Shown: positions 20,215-31,262, numbered from the stretch's first letter. The stretch is 64,000 nt of DNA from Spirochaetota bacterium (GCA_025061835.1 JANXAC010000007.1:17420-81419), one strand, 5' to 3'. Notes: generated by a model not told the origin, from the letters alone. A program made the numbers and translations.

Positions 20215-22059
20215 TTATTCAACCGTCACACTTTTTGCGAGATTTCTTGGTTTATCCACATCCAAACCTTTTATAGCAGCAATATGGTATGCGAATAGTT
20301 GTAATGGTATAACATTTATTATAGGTGATAGTGGTTCAATGATACTTGGAACTGTTATAACATAGTCGGATATTTTTGAAACCTCCTTATCATTCTCGTT
20401 AACTATGGATATAACTACACCATTTCTAGCCTTAACTTCTTGAATGTTGCTTATAATCTTGTCATACAAAGAACCTTTAGTTGCTATGAAAACAACAGGC
20501 ATATTTTCATCTATGAGAGCAATAGGACCGTGTTTCATCTCTGCGGATGGGTATCCCTCTGCGTGTATGTATGATATTTCCTTAAGTTTCAAAGCTCCCT
20601 CAAGAGCAATTGGATAATTATAATGCCTTCCTAGGTATAGAAAGTTTCTACTCTTGTAGAATTCCTTTGCCAGATCTTTCACAACATTCTCTGTCGTGTT
20701 AAGGGTGTAATCAACGAGTTCAGGCAACTTCTTCATAGCAGAAACAATCTCCTTTCCTTCAAAAAGCCCAAGCCTCTTCTTTCTACCAACCATTATACTC
20801 AACATTGTTAATGCTACAATCATGTTTGTAAATGCTTTAGTAGAAGCAACACCTATTTCAGGTCCAGCGTGTATATATATCCCCATTCCTGCCTCTCTTG
20901 CAATGCTGCTTCCAACAACATTAACTATACCAATTGTAGTTGATCCTTTTCTCTTCGCTTCCCTCAACGCCTCAAGTGTATCCATAGTCTCACCAGACTG
21001 CGTTATAGCAACAACAACATCTCTAGGTCCAACCATTGGGTTTCTGTATCTGAATTCTGAAGCATAGTCAACCTCAGACAATGTGTCACCTATGTTTTCC
21101 ATAAGGTATTTCCCAACCAACCCAGCGTAATAAGCAGTTCCACAACCGATGAAAACAAACTTTCTTATCTTGTGTATAAAGGGTTCTAACTTGGCGATAC
21201 CCCCAAGCTTAACACTCCCCTCATCCTCAAGCAATCTACCTCTTATACAGTTTTCAATAGCGGTAGGTTGTTCAAATATCTCCTTAAGCATGTAGTGTGG
21301 ATAACCACCTTTATTTAGTTGTTCTATCTCCCAGTCTATCACGAAAATATCTTTCTTTATATCCTTTCCTGTGAAATTCTTAGTGATTACCTCATCTTTT
21401 TTGACGATAGCTATCTCACCATCGTCAAGGTATATAACATTCTTGGTATGCTTTACAATTGCGTTTATATCTGACGCTATTATACTCTCATCATCCCCAA
21501 CACCTATAACGATAGGACTACCCTTTCTGACAGCTATCAACTTATCCGTTTCTCCTATATGAGATATTACAAGACCGAATGTTCCATTAAGCTCAGTAAC
21601 CGCTAGTATGACTGCATCTTCAAACGAGTTACCTTCTTTGATATGTTCTTCTATTAGGTTAACTATGACTTCAGTATCTGTTTGACTATAGAACTTATAA
21701 CCCTTCTTTGTAAGCATTTCCTTAAGAATCGCATAGTTTTCTATAATTCCATTATGAACTAGAATAGTCTTACCATCATTACTTATGTGAGGATGAGCAT
21801 TATGAACTGTTACACCACCATGTGTAGCCCATCTCGTATGACCTACACAAATACTCCTAATATTTGATATATCAATACCCTTTATCTTTTCCTCAAGATT
21901 TGAGATTTTACCAACCTCTTTATACGTCTCAAACTTACCATCCCTTACAAAAGCCACACCAGCAGAGTCATAGCCTCTATATTCAAGTTGCTTAAGACCC
22001 TCCATCACTATTTCAACAGGATTAGACCTATCACCAATGTATCCTACTATTCCACACAT
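20215..22059 (-). CDS. glmS: Glutamine-fructose-6-phosphate aminotransferase
   Basis: MCGIVG start at 22059, GHTRWATHG, TQSGET, ALKLKEISYIHAEG, PRNLAKSVTVE. Confidence 0.98.
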   Translation of the reverse strand: MCGIVGYIGDRSNPVEIVMEGLKQLEYRGYDSAGVAFVRDGKFETYKEVGKISNLEEKIKGIDISNIRSICVGHTRWATHGGVTVHNAHPHISNDGKTILVHNGIIENYAILKEMLTKKGYKFYSQTDTEVIVNLIEEHIKEGNSFEDAVILAVTELNGTFGLVISHIGETDKLIAVRKGSPIVIGVGDDESIIASDINAIVKHTKNVIYLDDGEIAIVKKDEVITKNFTGKDIKKDIFVIDWEIEQLNKGGYPHYMLKEIFEQPTAIENCIRGRLLEDEGSVKLGGIAKLEPFIHKIRKFVFIGCGTAYYAGLVGKYLMENIGDTLSEVDYASEFRYRNPMVGPRDVVVAITQSGETMDTLEALREAKRKGSTTIGIVNVVGSSIAREAGMGIYIHAGPEIGVASTKAFTNMIVALTMLSIMVGRKKRLGLFEGKEIVSAMKKLPELVDYTLNTTENVVKDLAKEFYKSRNFLYLGRHYNYPIALEGALKLKEISYIHAEGYPSAEMKHGPIALIDENMPVVFIATKGSLYDKIISNIQEVKARNGVVISIVNENDKEVSKISDYVITVPSIIEPLSPIINVIPLQLFAYHIAAIKGLDVDKPRNLAKSVTVE

Positions 22060-22270
22060 AAATAACCCTTTCTCCAAGAATATTATAAACCACACCCTAG
22101 ACACTTCAAAAATTGAAGAATAAGATTTTCAATATTTCTGAATAATGTCTAGAGACAACAGAATATAAATATACAACAGATTGTAAAAAACACATTCCTA
22201 AGATTAACATTTTGGAAATACCAAACATAAATTCATTTTTGTTCAATCTTGATTAAGAGATACATACCAA

Positions 22271-22975
22271 CTATGTTGATATCTTTAAGAATATAAATTT
22301 TGATATTTTCTGTATTGTATCCAAGTTAAGTTGGGTAAAGACTATTATACCAATTCTCTTGTCAGAGATCTTGGCTTTTATTCTACCTTTTGCGTAGGTC
22401 TCCTCATCTTTGAGTATTATTCTCAATCTAGAAATTTCATCCCCCTCAAAGAATGCATCCTCAAACTTGGAAGTATAAGAAAATGCCAAACCTCCAACAC
22501 TCAAGTCAACTATACTGGCTATAACTCTTATCCCAGATGTAGACACAAACTCTACCGTTCCTTCACCCTCTTTAAGTTCAACTCTGACAACTTTCCTTTC
22601 TGGTGGTGCTCCCTTGAAATGTTCGTATGCTTTAGATACGACTGTAAATATGTTGTTTGTAACAAGAGGTTTCTGTAAAAAACCAGACACACCCAGCTTT
22701 AAGTATTCATACACTTCGCTAGGAGTATGTATTTCGGTGTATAGTACTATTGCTCCCTTTAACTCAAGTTCTCTAAAAATACTTAAGAAACTAGTTACAT
22801 CATACTTACTCACGACTTCTATCACGATAACATCAAATGACTGATTGCTTTCCTTTATTTTCTTTATTACATTGCTTATATTCTCACACCATGATAACAC
22901 AATTCCCCTAGGTATAAGTTGAGATATAAAAGTGTCTCTAACAATTCTGGATGGAGTTATCAGTAAGACTCTCAT
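22271..22975 (-). CDS. Pseudo-receiver plus PilZ domain protein
   Basis: Receiver pattern (FDVIVIE, YT, QKP); PilZ RKVVR and DLSVGG motifs. Confidence 0.7.
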   Translation of the reverse strand: MRVLLITPSRIVRDTFISQLIPRGIVLSWCENISNVIKKIKESNQSFDVIVIEVVSKYDVTSFLSIFRELELKGAIVLYTEIHTPSEVYEYLKLGVSGFLQKPLVTNNIFTVVSKAYEHFKGAPPERKVVRVELKEGEGTVEFVSTSGIRVIASIVDLSVGGLAFSYTSKFEDAFFEGDEISRLRIILKDEETYAKGRIKAKISDKRIGIIVFTQLNLDTIQKISKFIFLKIST

Positions 22976-22976
22976 T

Positions 22977-24464
22977 TCACTCTGAGAGGTTTTCTAGTAA
23001 GTCAACAAATAATCTAACACCAAAACCTGTTCCTCCTTTTGATATATAATACTTCTCCTTGTCTGTGTAAGCGACACCTGCGATATCAAGATGGCACCAA
23101 GGATAATCTACAAACTTCTTCATAAATGCAGCAGCAGTTATTGCGCCGGCATATCTGTTCCCCACATTCTTAACATCAGCAAAATTGCTCTTTATGTACT
23201 CATCGTAATCATCCCAAAGTGGCAATTCCCATACCCTTTCATAGGTTCTTTCTGAAGATTTTTTTACAATCTCTTTCAATCTATCATCGTTCCCCATAAG
23301 CCCTGCTGCTTCATGACCCAAGGCTACAACACAAGCTCCTGTAAGTGTAGCAATGTCTATAACGAATTCTGGTTTATACCTCTTTATGTATTCAAATGCA
23401 TCAGACATTATGAGTCGTCCTTCTGCATCAGTATTGATAATTTCCACATATATTCCACCCATACCCCTCACTATATCTCCAGGTTTTGTTGCTCTCCCAC
23501 CCGGCATATTCTCGGTTAGAGGTGTTATCCCAACCACATTAACCTTCATCTTGAGTTTAGCAATCGTCACAACTGATGCTATAACCGCAGCTGCACCACT
23601 CATATCAAACTTCATATCTTCCATCTTCTCAGATGGTTTAAGAGATATACCACCTGTGTCAAAAGTTACACCCTTACCAACCAATCCATACCATTTATCT
23701 CCTCCACCTTCATACTCCATAACGACAAATTTAGGTTCTTCAGCACTTCCTTTTGCAACCGCAAGAAAAAGGTTCATTCCAAGACTTTCCGCTTCTTTTC
23801 TATCTATTATCTTTACCTTTACACCAACTTTACTACACTCTTCCTTAGCAATATTAGCGATGTAGGTAGGAGTTGCAACATTTGATGGTGTGTTCTGAAG
23901 GTCTCTAGCAAAAAACACTCCTTCAACTACTATACGAACCCTATCTATAGTCTTCTCGTAATCTAACTCCAACCTCTTTGGCTTTTGAATAACTACCCTT
24001 TCAAGAACCACTATTTTATCTTCCTTTTTTGATAGAAACCTATCAAACTTATAAGTTCCTAACAGAATACCTTCCAAGAGTGCCCTGAACGAAAGTTGTT
24101 TATCAAGCCCTTTCACATACCATCCACTAGTTATCAAAACGGAGGAATAGTTGTATTTTGTAGTATTCTTTGATATTACACTTCCTAATCTCCTCACAGC
24201 ATCTACACTCATTTTACTCCTGTTACCACAACCTATCACAAGTATTTTACTGAACTTTGCTTTGTTAGGTATGGAATTTTTATAAATAACTAACACTTCC
24301 CCAAATTTTGATGTGAAATTCTCTGATTTTAGTACACTTCTTATTAGTTTGGTTACCGAAGGTATGTAAATGTTCTCAATATCTTCTCCCTCATAGCTGA
24401 ATACAATTAATGCATCACCTTTGTCCTTCACAAAATCCCTGTAATCCTTCACTACTATGTCCAT
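22977..24464 (-). CDS. pepA: Leucyl aminopeptidase (M17)
   Basis: GKGVTFDTGG, MKFDMSG, NTDAEGRL, HLDIAG. Confidence 0.96.
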   Translation of the reverse strand: MDIVVKDYRDFVKDKGDALIVFSYEGEDIENIYIPSVTKLIRSVLKSENFTSKFGEVLVIYKNSIPNKAKFSKILVIGCGNRSKMSVDAVRRLGSVISKNTTKYNYSSVLITSGWYVKGLDKQLSFRALLEGILLGTYKFDRFLSKKEDKIVVLERVVIQKPKRLELDYEKTIDRVRIVVEGVFFARDLQNTPSNVATPTYIANIAKEECSKVGVKVKIIDRKEAESLGMNLFLAVAKGSAEEPKFVVMEYEGGGDKWYGLVGKGVTFDTGGISLKPSEKMEDMKFDMSGAAAVIASVVTIAKLKMKVNVVGITPLTENMPGGRATKPGDIVRGMGGIYVEIINTDAEGRLIMSDAFEYIKRYKPEFVIDIATLTGACVVALGHEAAGLMGNDDRLKEIVKKSSERTYERVWELPLWDDYDEYIKSNFADVKNVGNRYAGAITAAAFMKKFVDYPWCHLDIAGVAYTDKEKYYISKGGTGFGVRLFVDLLENLSE

Positions 24465-24675
24465 ACTTGTCTCCTTTCTATCATATTAAGGGATAAGACT
24501 CGTTAATGACAAGAAAATTAAAAAAACTGCTAGTAAAGTCTAAAATTTAGGATTGATATAATACTAGTAAGGTATATAATCTTTGTTATTTCTTAGAGTT
24601 TAAAATTGGCAAAGAATATTTTACGAATAATATTACCTTGAATTTTACTTACATTTTGGTTAATATTTTTATTCT

Positions 24676-25449
24676 ATGGAAAATCGTATAAAAAGTTTAG
24701 ATGCCCATCAACACCATACGAGTATATGGCCTTTTATAGCAGGTATTTCAGTGTTCTTTGTTCTTCTTGGTTTCATATTCTACTTCGTTTATGAGATACA
24801 GATAGTGGGAGTAATGCTCATCGGTATGAGCATAGCGGTAATAATATTCAGTTCAGCGGGTTGGGCTAAAGAAATATTCTACATTGGGCACGACGAAAAG
24901 CTTGGCACGCGAGGTATCATCTGGTTTATATGTGCGGAGGTTGTGATATTCGGAGTGATAATAGTGTCATTTATATCATCTAGAGTTCAGTATTTTGAGC
25001 AATGGGTTCAAACAATACCGAAGTTCAACTACTATCTCGTTGGAATACTTACACTTATACTATGGGCTTCAAGTTATACTATATGGAAAGCAGAAAAAGC
25101 ACTAGAACATAACCATATAAACTCTTATAGGTTATGGCTTGTTGCTACCATGCTTCTTGGAACTCTGTTTCTAGTCTTACACATCTACGAATGGACACAC
25201 CTTTGGGAAGAAGGTTTTACAATATCTGCTAGTATATTTGGAACAGGTTTTTATTCACTCACAGGAGTCCATGCATCACACGTTTTGGTTGGTATCCTAA
25301 TACAACTTGTCCTACTCATAAATTCTTCAAAAGCATCAGGATACATAACGCCTATAAAAGCGTGTAGTTTATACTGGCATTTCGTTGATATTGCTTGGCT
25401 TTTCGTTGCTTCTACCGCTTATATAGTAGGCGGCTATGGGAGGTTCTAG
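24676..25449 (+). CDS. coxC: Heme-copper oxidase subunit III
   Basis: SIWPF, WFICAEV, TGVHASHV, YWHFVDIAW. Confidence 0.9.
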   Translation: MENRIKSLDAHQHHTSIWPFIAGISVFFVLLGFIFYFVYEIQIVGVMLIGMSIAVIIFSSAGWAKEIFYIGHDEKLGTRGIIWFICAEVVIFGVIIVSFISSRVQYFEQWVQTIPKFNYYLVGILTLILWASSYTIWKAEKALEHNHINSYRLWLVATMLLGTLFLVLHIYEWTHLWEEGFTISASIFGTGFYSLTGVHASHVLVGILIQLVLLINSSKASGYITPIKACSLYWHFVDIAWLFVASTAYIVGGYGRF

Positions 25450-25450
25450 A

Positions 25451-26230
25451 ATGAGGTTTGTTTGGATACTCATTCTGATAACATTATCCATAAATGCTTT
25501 CTCTACACCTTCGGCAAGACAGCCAGTCTCATTCTTAGACCCTAGTGTGATGATAATAGAAGAGAAATATTACATAGGTAAGATCATAAAAGATTTTAAA
25601 TTTGTGCTTGAGGATGGGACTACACACTCAATAAGAGAATTCATAAAGGATAAACCTACCATAATACTGCCTCTCTTCTACAAGTGTATGACAGGATGCC
25701 CTATAATACTTAGCACAACTCTCAGGAACATTAGTAGAATAAACAGAGATTTTAATCTCTTGGTTCTTTCATTTGACAGTAATGATACTGTTGAAGATAT
25801 GATTCACTTTAGAGAATCACATTACGGTGACTACACGGATAAGAGAGTAAAGTATGGTATTCTAACATCAGAAAGCGTCGGTATATTTACTAATTCAACG
25901 GGGTTCAAATTTTTCTTTTCCAAAAGGGACAATACTTTCGTTCATACTCTTGTTTTGATATTCCTCTCGCCAGAAGGAAAGATAGTAAGGTATCTAATAG
26001 GTTCAAATCCGAAAGAACAGAATATAAATCTCGCACTGGCTGAAGCCAGTATTGGAAAATTTACAATAAACTCGGTGATAGATCTAGCGTTCTTGGTTTG
26101 CTATACATACGATAGCAATATAAGGGGCTATGAACTCAATCCTACTGTGGTTTTTGGGGGTCTTGGAGCACTCCTAGTTGTTTTAACATTAGTAACCTCT
26201 ATTATCGTTAAGAGGAGGAATACACAATGA
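25451..26230 (+). CDS. SCO1/SenC copper chaperone
   Basis: CMTGCP (CxxxC), FVH, SPEGKIVRYL, C-terminal CYTYD plus TM helix. Confidence 0.88.
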   Translation: MRFVWILILITLSINAFSTPSARQPVSFLDPSVMIIEEKYYIGKIIKDFKFVLEDGTTHSIREFIKDKPTIILPLFYKCMTGCPIILSTTLRNISRINRDFNLLVLSFDSNDTVEDMIHFRESHYGDYTDKRVKYGILTSESVGIFTNSTGFKFFFSKRDNTFVHTLVLIFLSPEGKIVRYLIGSNPKEQNINLALAEASIGKFTINSVIDLAFLVCYTYDSNIRGYELNPTVVFGGLGALLVVLTLVTSIIVKRRNTQ

Positions 26231-26946
26231 ACCAAGATTTGATATCAAGCATATTAGACCTTATATCAAAGATGGTATTCCCCTTCTTGGGGACTACCGA
26301 AATTATAGCACAACCAAGAGCGTATTGGGATAACTCTTACACTATTTGGTTGATATTCTCAATTATATTCTTCGTAGGAATATTGTTGGTAGGAATTTAT
26401 ATCGTTATAAGATACAGATACGTTAAAGGTAAAAATGAGGAAGGAGCACACATAGAAGGTAATACTGCCTTGGAAGTTGTTTGGATTGCGATACCTACTA
26501 TACTTGCTTTGTTTCTTGCTACACTATCTTTTGCAAACTTTATGTATCAAAGAACATTACCTGCTGACGCACTAGAAGTTAAGATAACCGCGTTTATGTG
26601 GGGATGGGAAATTGAGTATCCTAATGGCAAAGTTGTATCAACTTACTTTAATACCGAAAAACCTTTTGAAAAGGATGATAGTGAAAAATTCTATTTACCT
26701 GTTGGTAAAAAGATAAAGGTTTTACTCTCATCTAGAGATGTTATTCACTCGTTCTATGTTCAACCAGCAATGATAACCGAAGATGCTGTCCCGGGAAGGA
26801 TAACATATATGTGGTTTCAGATAAATAAAGAAGGAGAATACTATGCTTTCTGTAGGGAATACTGCGGTAGCTGGCACTCGTATATGATAGCAGTATTGAA
26901 AGTTGTAAGCGAAGAGGAATTTAATAAGTGGCTTGAACAAAAATAG
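26227..26946 (+). CDS. coxB: Cytochrome c oxidase subunit II (CuA)
   Basis: LEVVWIAIP, DVIHSF, CREYCGSWHSYM CuA ligands; no fused cytochrome c. Confidence 0.95.
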   Translation: MNQDLISSILDLISKMVFPFLGTTEIIAQPRAYWDNSYTIWLIFSIIFFVGILLVGIYIVIRYRYVKGKNEEGAHIEGNTALEVVWIAIPTILALFLATLSFANFMYQRTLPADALEVKITAFMWGWEIEYPNGKVVSTYFNTEKPFEKDDSEKFYLPVGKKIKVLLSSRDVIHSFYVQPAMITEDAVPGRITYMWFQINKEGEYYAFCREYCGSWHSYMIAVLKVVSEEEFNKWLEQK

Positions 26947-26968
26947 TTTCATTTATGGAGGTTTGTAT

Positions 26969-28675
26969 ATGGAGGAAAGAGCTGAAGATTTAGAGCCAGG
27001 TATTACATCCGAAGGAACAAGTGAAGAATCTAGACATCAACATAAGGAAGTTAAACCTTGGTATTCTGGAGGACTAAAAGACTGGATATTCACGACAGAT
27101 CACAAAAAGATAGGTATCCTATATTTTTTCACATCTTTTATATTCTTCTTGCTAGCAGGAATGATGGGAATGTTGATAAGGTATGAGCTTACAAACCCCG
27201 GTATTCAATTACCTAGTATAGCAGGACAGGAAGGTGCAGACTTATATAACTATCTACTTACAGGACATGGAACACTTATGCTTTTGTGGTGGGCTGTTGC
27301 GGTATGGACTGGTGCTTTTGGTAATTTTCTTATACCTCTTATGATAGGTGCTAAAGATGTTGCTTTTCCAAGATTGAACGCCTTTAGCTATTGGGTCTTT
27401 CTAGGTGCTAGTGTAATGGTTCTGCTTACTGCTATACCTGGAAATTGGATAAAAATGTTATGGACAGCATATCCACCGTTTGCTAGTAATCCAAATGCGG
27501 GACCAGTTGCTTATTACTCAATAATAATACTTCTTTACGGTATAGCTGCAACTGCTGGTTCTGTTAATTTCGTAGCAACGATAATATCAATGAGGACTAA
27601 AGGATTAAGTTTTAGAAAGATGAACTTATTCACTCATACCATATTAGGGGCTAATCTCATACAGTTGTTCGGAGTTCCGTCATTTCTCGGTGCCGTGACA
27701 TTATTATTTCTTGATAGGTATATAGGGACAAACTTCTTCAATCCTGAGATTGGAGGTGACCCGTTGCTATACCAGAATATATTTTGGTTCTACTCTCATC
27801 CTGCCGTCTATGTTATGATGCTTCCAGCGTTTGGTATATATTCAGAAGTTATAGCGACAATGTCCAGAAAACCTATATTCGGATATGTATCAATGGTTCT
27901 GGCGATATATCTCATAGCACTGATAGGTTTTCTAGTTTGGGCACACCACATGTTTGCTGCAGGAATACCAGATTGGGCTAGAGTCTTATTCTCATATACA
28001 ACAATACTGGTTGGAGTTCCTACTGGGATAAAGATATTCAACTGGCTTGCTACGATGTATAAAGGGGCAATAAGACTTACAGCACCTATGTTATTTGTGT
28101 TAGGTGGTCTTTTTATGTTCCTGATAGGAGGATTGACGGGTGTTCTACTCTCAATGGTTTCAGCGAACCTAGGATTGACAGACTCAATGTTTGTTGTTGG
28201 ACACTTCCATTATGTTCTAGGTATGTCTGTTACATTCGCAGCACTAGCAGGGATACTCTACTGGTTCCCGAAGGTCACAGGTAAGATGTATAACGAAAAA
28301 CTTGGCGTCTGGTCCTTCATATTTGCTTTCATAGGTTCAAATATCTTCTATTTCTTTCAGACATTCTCAGGAACTCTAGGAATTTCAAGAAGATATGCGG
28401 ATTATCCAAATATTCTTGAATGGGTTTTGATAAACCAGATACAGACATTCGGTTCTGTTTTACTCTTTGTAGGAATAGTTTTGTTCTTGATAAACATTAT
28501 TGTATCCCTAAGAAGCGGACAAAAAGCACCAAAGAACCCGTGGCATTCACCTTCTCTTGAATGGAGTGCTACTGATACACCTGTTATGAGTAATAACTTC
28601 AAGAAGGATCATATTGAAATTCACAAGGATTGGCATCCTTACGCATACTACAAAGGTTACCACGAACACTTTTAA
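26969..28675 (+). CDS. coxA: Heme-copper oxidase subunit I, A2 type
   Basis: TDHKKIG, TGHG, DVAFPRLN, WFYSHPAVY, WAHHMF, PTGIK, HFHYV, SRRY. Confidence 0.97.
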   Translation: MEERAEDLEPGITSEGTSEESRHQHKEVKPWYSGGLKDWIFTTDHKKIGILYFFTSFIFFLLAGMMGMLIRYELTNPGIQLPSIAGQEGADLYNYLLTGHGTLMLLWWAVAVWTGAFGNFLIPLMIGAKDVAFPRLNAFSYWVFLGASVMVLLTAIPGNWIKMLWTAYPPFASNPNAGPVAYYSIIILLYGIAATAGSVNFVATIISMRTKGLSFRKMNLFTHTILGANLIQLFGVPSFLGAVTLLFLDRYIGTNFFNPEIGGDPLLYQNIFWFYSHPAVYVMMLPAFGIYSEVIATMSRKPIFGYVSMVLAIYLIALIGFLVWAHHMFAAGIPDWARVLFSYTTILVGVPTGIKIFNWLATMYKGAIRLTAPMLFVLGGLFMFLIGGLTGVLLSMVSANLGLTDSMFVVGHFHYVLGMSVTFAALAGILYWFPKVTGKMYNEKLGVWSFIFAFIGSNIFYFFQTFSGTLGISRRYADYPNILEWVLINQIQTFGSVLLFVGIVLFLINIIVSLRSGQKAPKNPWHSPSLEWSATDTPVMSNNFKKDHIEIHKDWHPYAYYKGYHEHF

Positions 28676-28701
28676 AATAATAATATCTATGGAGGGTTGT
28701 T

Positions 28702-29274
28702 ATGAGAGGGATATTAGTTTTTGCGTTGGTTTTTATCACACTGATAGGGCTAGCTAGTAGCATTTTTGCTGCTGAAGATAAGATACCAGCGTCTGAAGTT
28801 GAGAGGATACAGGTTTATCCATCTATAACGAAGATACATCCACCTACAAGCCATTTCGGAATAGGTTTTCCCATATTCCTTTTGATTGTTGAATTTGTTT
28901 ATTTGATCATAAGAAGAAAGCCAGATGTGGTGGAACTTATTATGGTAATAGTAGCAACGGGAGGAGTTTTGCTAGCTACTGCTAGTGGTCTATATATCTA
29001 CTACAATATGCAAGAACCTACTATAAAAGAAGCGCATGAATTGTATGAAGCACACGAGATATTAGGAATAACACTGGGTGTCATATTCATAGGTATTCTG
29101 GGGTTGAGGATATTATATGAGTTTATCAAAGAAGAAAAAATTAAGTCACTTATTAGATGGATTTATGTATCGGCATTAGCGTTCTCATGTTTGCTACTCC
29201 TCTATCAAGGATGGCTCGGTGGAGTAATGGTATATGAGTATGGAGTAGGTATAATATACCAGTACATGATGTAA
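28702..29274 (+). CDS. DUF2231-like membrane protein
   Basis: HPPTSHFGIGFP, AHEILG, GWLGGVMVYEYGVG; four TM helices plus signal peptide. Confidence 0.65.
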   Translation: MRGILVFALVFITLIGLASSIFAAEDKIPASEVERIQVYPSITKIHPPTSHFGIGFPIFLLIVEFVYLIIRRKPDVVELIMVIVATGGVLLATASGLYIYYNMQEPTIKEAHELYEAHEILGITLGVIFIGILGLRILYEFIKEEKIKSLIRWIYVSALAFSCLLLLYQGWLGGVMVYEYGVGIIYQYMM

Positions 29275-29275
29275 C

Positions 29276-29938
29276 CTAGTAATCCATAAACTTTTTCAGT
29301 TTGTCAAGCAGACTGTTCTTGCTTCCATCTGTTAAGGGGTTTCTTCCTAATAGGAAGAACCTCTCTACATATTTTCCTATTACATCAAATTCAACATTCA
29401 CAGGATTTCCAACTCTTAGTTGCTTTATGTTAGTCATTTCGTATGTGGACGGTATGACTGCTATTGAAAAAGTTGAGTTATCGTCATCAAGTTCATAAAC
29501 TGTTAGACTAATTCCGTCAATTGCTACCGAACCTTTGTACACGATATACCTAATAAAATGTCTAGGAATGGATACAGTAAGTTTATAAGACCTCTCAACT
29601 TTCTCTATCGTAGTAACCTTACCTACAGTATCAATGTGTCCTAGCACGATGTGACCGTCTAGGAATGTTGAAGGTGTTGCTGGTAATTCAAGATTTACTA
29701 TTGTTCCCTCTTCCAGTTGGGATAGTGTAGTTCTCTCCGAAGTTTCATAACTTACGAAGAATGATAGAGAGTTTCCTGTCTTTTCAACAACAGTCAAACA
29801 AACACCATTAACAGCAACACTACCTCCAACATAAGTTAATTCAGGTATTCCATTGCTCTCTACTGAAATATAACCATCTCTTTTACCATATAGTCCTTTA
29901 ACGATGATACCTGTGTGTTTGATTATTCCTGAAAACAT
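29276..29938 (-). CDS. ribE: Riboflavin synthase alpha chain
   Basis: MFSGII start, GSVAVNGVCLTV, LDGHIVLGH, GSVAIDGISLTV, VNVEFD. Confidence 0.95.
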   Translation of the reverse strand: MFSGIIKHTGIIVKGLYGKRDGYISVESNGIPELTYVGGSVAVNGVCLTVVEKTGNSLSFFVSYETSERTTLSQLEEGTIVNLELPATPSTFLDGHIVLGHIDTVGKVTTIEKVERSYKLTVSIPRHFIRYIVYKGSVAIDGISLTVYELDDDNSTFSIAVIPSTYEMTNIKQLRVGNPVNVEFDVIGKYVERFFLLGRNPLTDGSKNSLLDKLKKFMDY

Positions 29939-30030
29939 AAGATGAGTATATCTATAAGGATAACATTCTTTCAAAGAAACAATTTTATTCAAAAAAGCAT
30001 CACTGAGACTGTAAAGAACAATGACTCCTT

Positions 30031-31209
30031 CTATCTAGGTATTAGTTTGACAAACTTCCTTTTACCTATCCTTACGACTACTTCTTTCTCTAGTTTTAGA
30101 AGGTAATTTATATCTCTAACTCTCTCTCCATCTATATATACCCCTCCTCCTTGTATCAGCCTTCTAACCTCACTTTTTGAAGGAACCAGTTCCATCTCTG
30201 AGAGTAGGCTAACTAGGTTATACTCTCCAGTTTTTAATTCCCTTTCCTCAATATCACTTGGTATCTGTTTTTCTTTGAATATCCTATCAAACTCTTCATT
30301 GGACTTAATTGCTGTATCAGTTCCGTAGAAGAAAGAGACAATTTCTCTAGCAAGCATTGCTTTTATATCTCTGGGATTTGCCCCATTTTCCATATCTCGC
30401 TTGAGTGTTTGGATCTCTTCTATGCTAACATCAGTAAGAAGTTCAAAGTATTTTAGTATGAGGTTATCTGGTATTGACATAATTTTTCCAAACATATCGG
30501 AAGGATTATCGTTTATACCTATATAATTCCCAAAACTTTTACTCATCTTTCTAACACCATCAGTTCCTTCAAGTAGTGGTAAAGTAATAACAACTTGAGG
30601 TTCTTGACCGTATTCTATCTGTAGTTCTCTTCCGACGAGCAAATTGAACTTTTGGTCTGTTCCACCTATCTCTACGTCTGCATTTACCATAACAGAGTCA
30701 TACCCCTGCATAAGTGGGTATAGAAACTCCATTACAGATATTGGATTACCGCTTTTGTATCGCTTCTCAAAATCGTCTCTTTCTAGCATTCTTGCAACGG
30801 TATATTTACTAGTCAAGTTTAGTATCTCTTCGAAGGTTATCCTATCAAACCACTCGCTGTTATACCTTACTTCCGTTTTGGATTTATCCAATATTTTAAA
30901 AACTTGCTCCTGATAGGTTTTAGCATTCTCTATAACTTCGCTTCTTGATAATCGTTTTCTAGATGTATTCCTACCTGAAGGGTCTCCAACCATAGCTGTG
31001 AAATCACCTATTATGAATACAACGGTATGTCCAAGTTCTTGGAAATGCCTGAGTTTTCTTAAGGGAACAGTATGTCCAAGATGAAGGTCAGGAGCAGATG
31101 GATCAGCACCAAACTTAACTCTTAAACTTCCTTTCCTCTCTATTTTTGAGACCAACTCACTCTCGGATATTATCTCAATAACACCTCTTTTGATAAGAGA
31201 CAGGTTCAT
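30031..31209 (-). CDS. tyrS: Tyrosyl-tRNA synthetase
   Basis: [35 protein letters not shown]4 domain. Confidence 0.97.
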   Translation of the reverse strand: MNLSLIKRGVIEIISESELVSKIERKGSLRVKFGADPSAPDLHLGHTVPLRKLRHFQELGHTVVFIIGDFTAMVGDPSGRNTSRKRLSRSEVIENAKTYQEQVFKILDKSKTEVRYNSEWFDRITFEEILNLTSKYTVARMLERDDFEKRYKSGNPISVMEFLYPLMQGYDSVMVNADVEIGGTDQKFNLLVGRELQIEYGQEPQVVITLPLLEGTDGVRKMSKSFGNYIGINDNPSDMFGKIMSIPDNLILKYFELLTDVSIEEIQTLKRDMENGANPRDIKAMLAREIVSFFYGTDTAIKSNEEFDRIFKEKQIPSDIEERELKTGEYNLVSLLSEMELVPSKSEVRRLIQGGGVYIDGERVRDINYLLKLEKEVVVRIGKRKFVKLIPR

Positions 31210-31262
31210 ACTACATACATTCTAATACCAAATCTGAAGTAATTGCGAGTTAGAGATAAATA

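Noticed and set aside
22060-22270. glmS ribozyme upstream of glmS
   Set aside because: The conserved AGCGC...ACGAGG core is not present on the minus strand
24465-24675. FNR-type box upstream of the cox operon
   Set aside because: No TTGAT-N4-ATCAA match found
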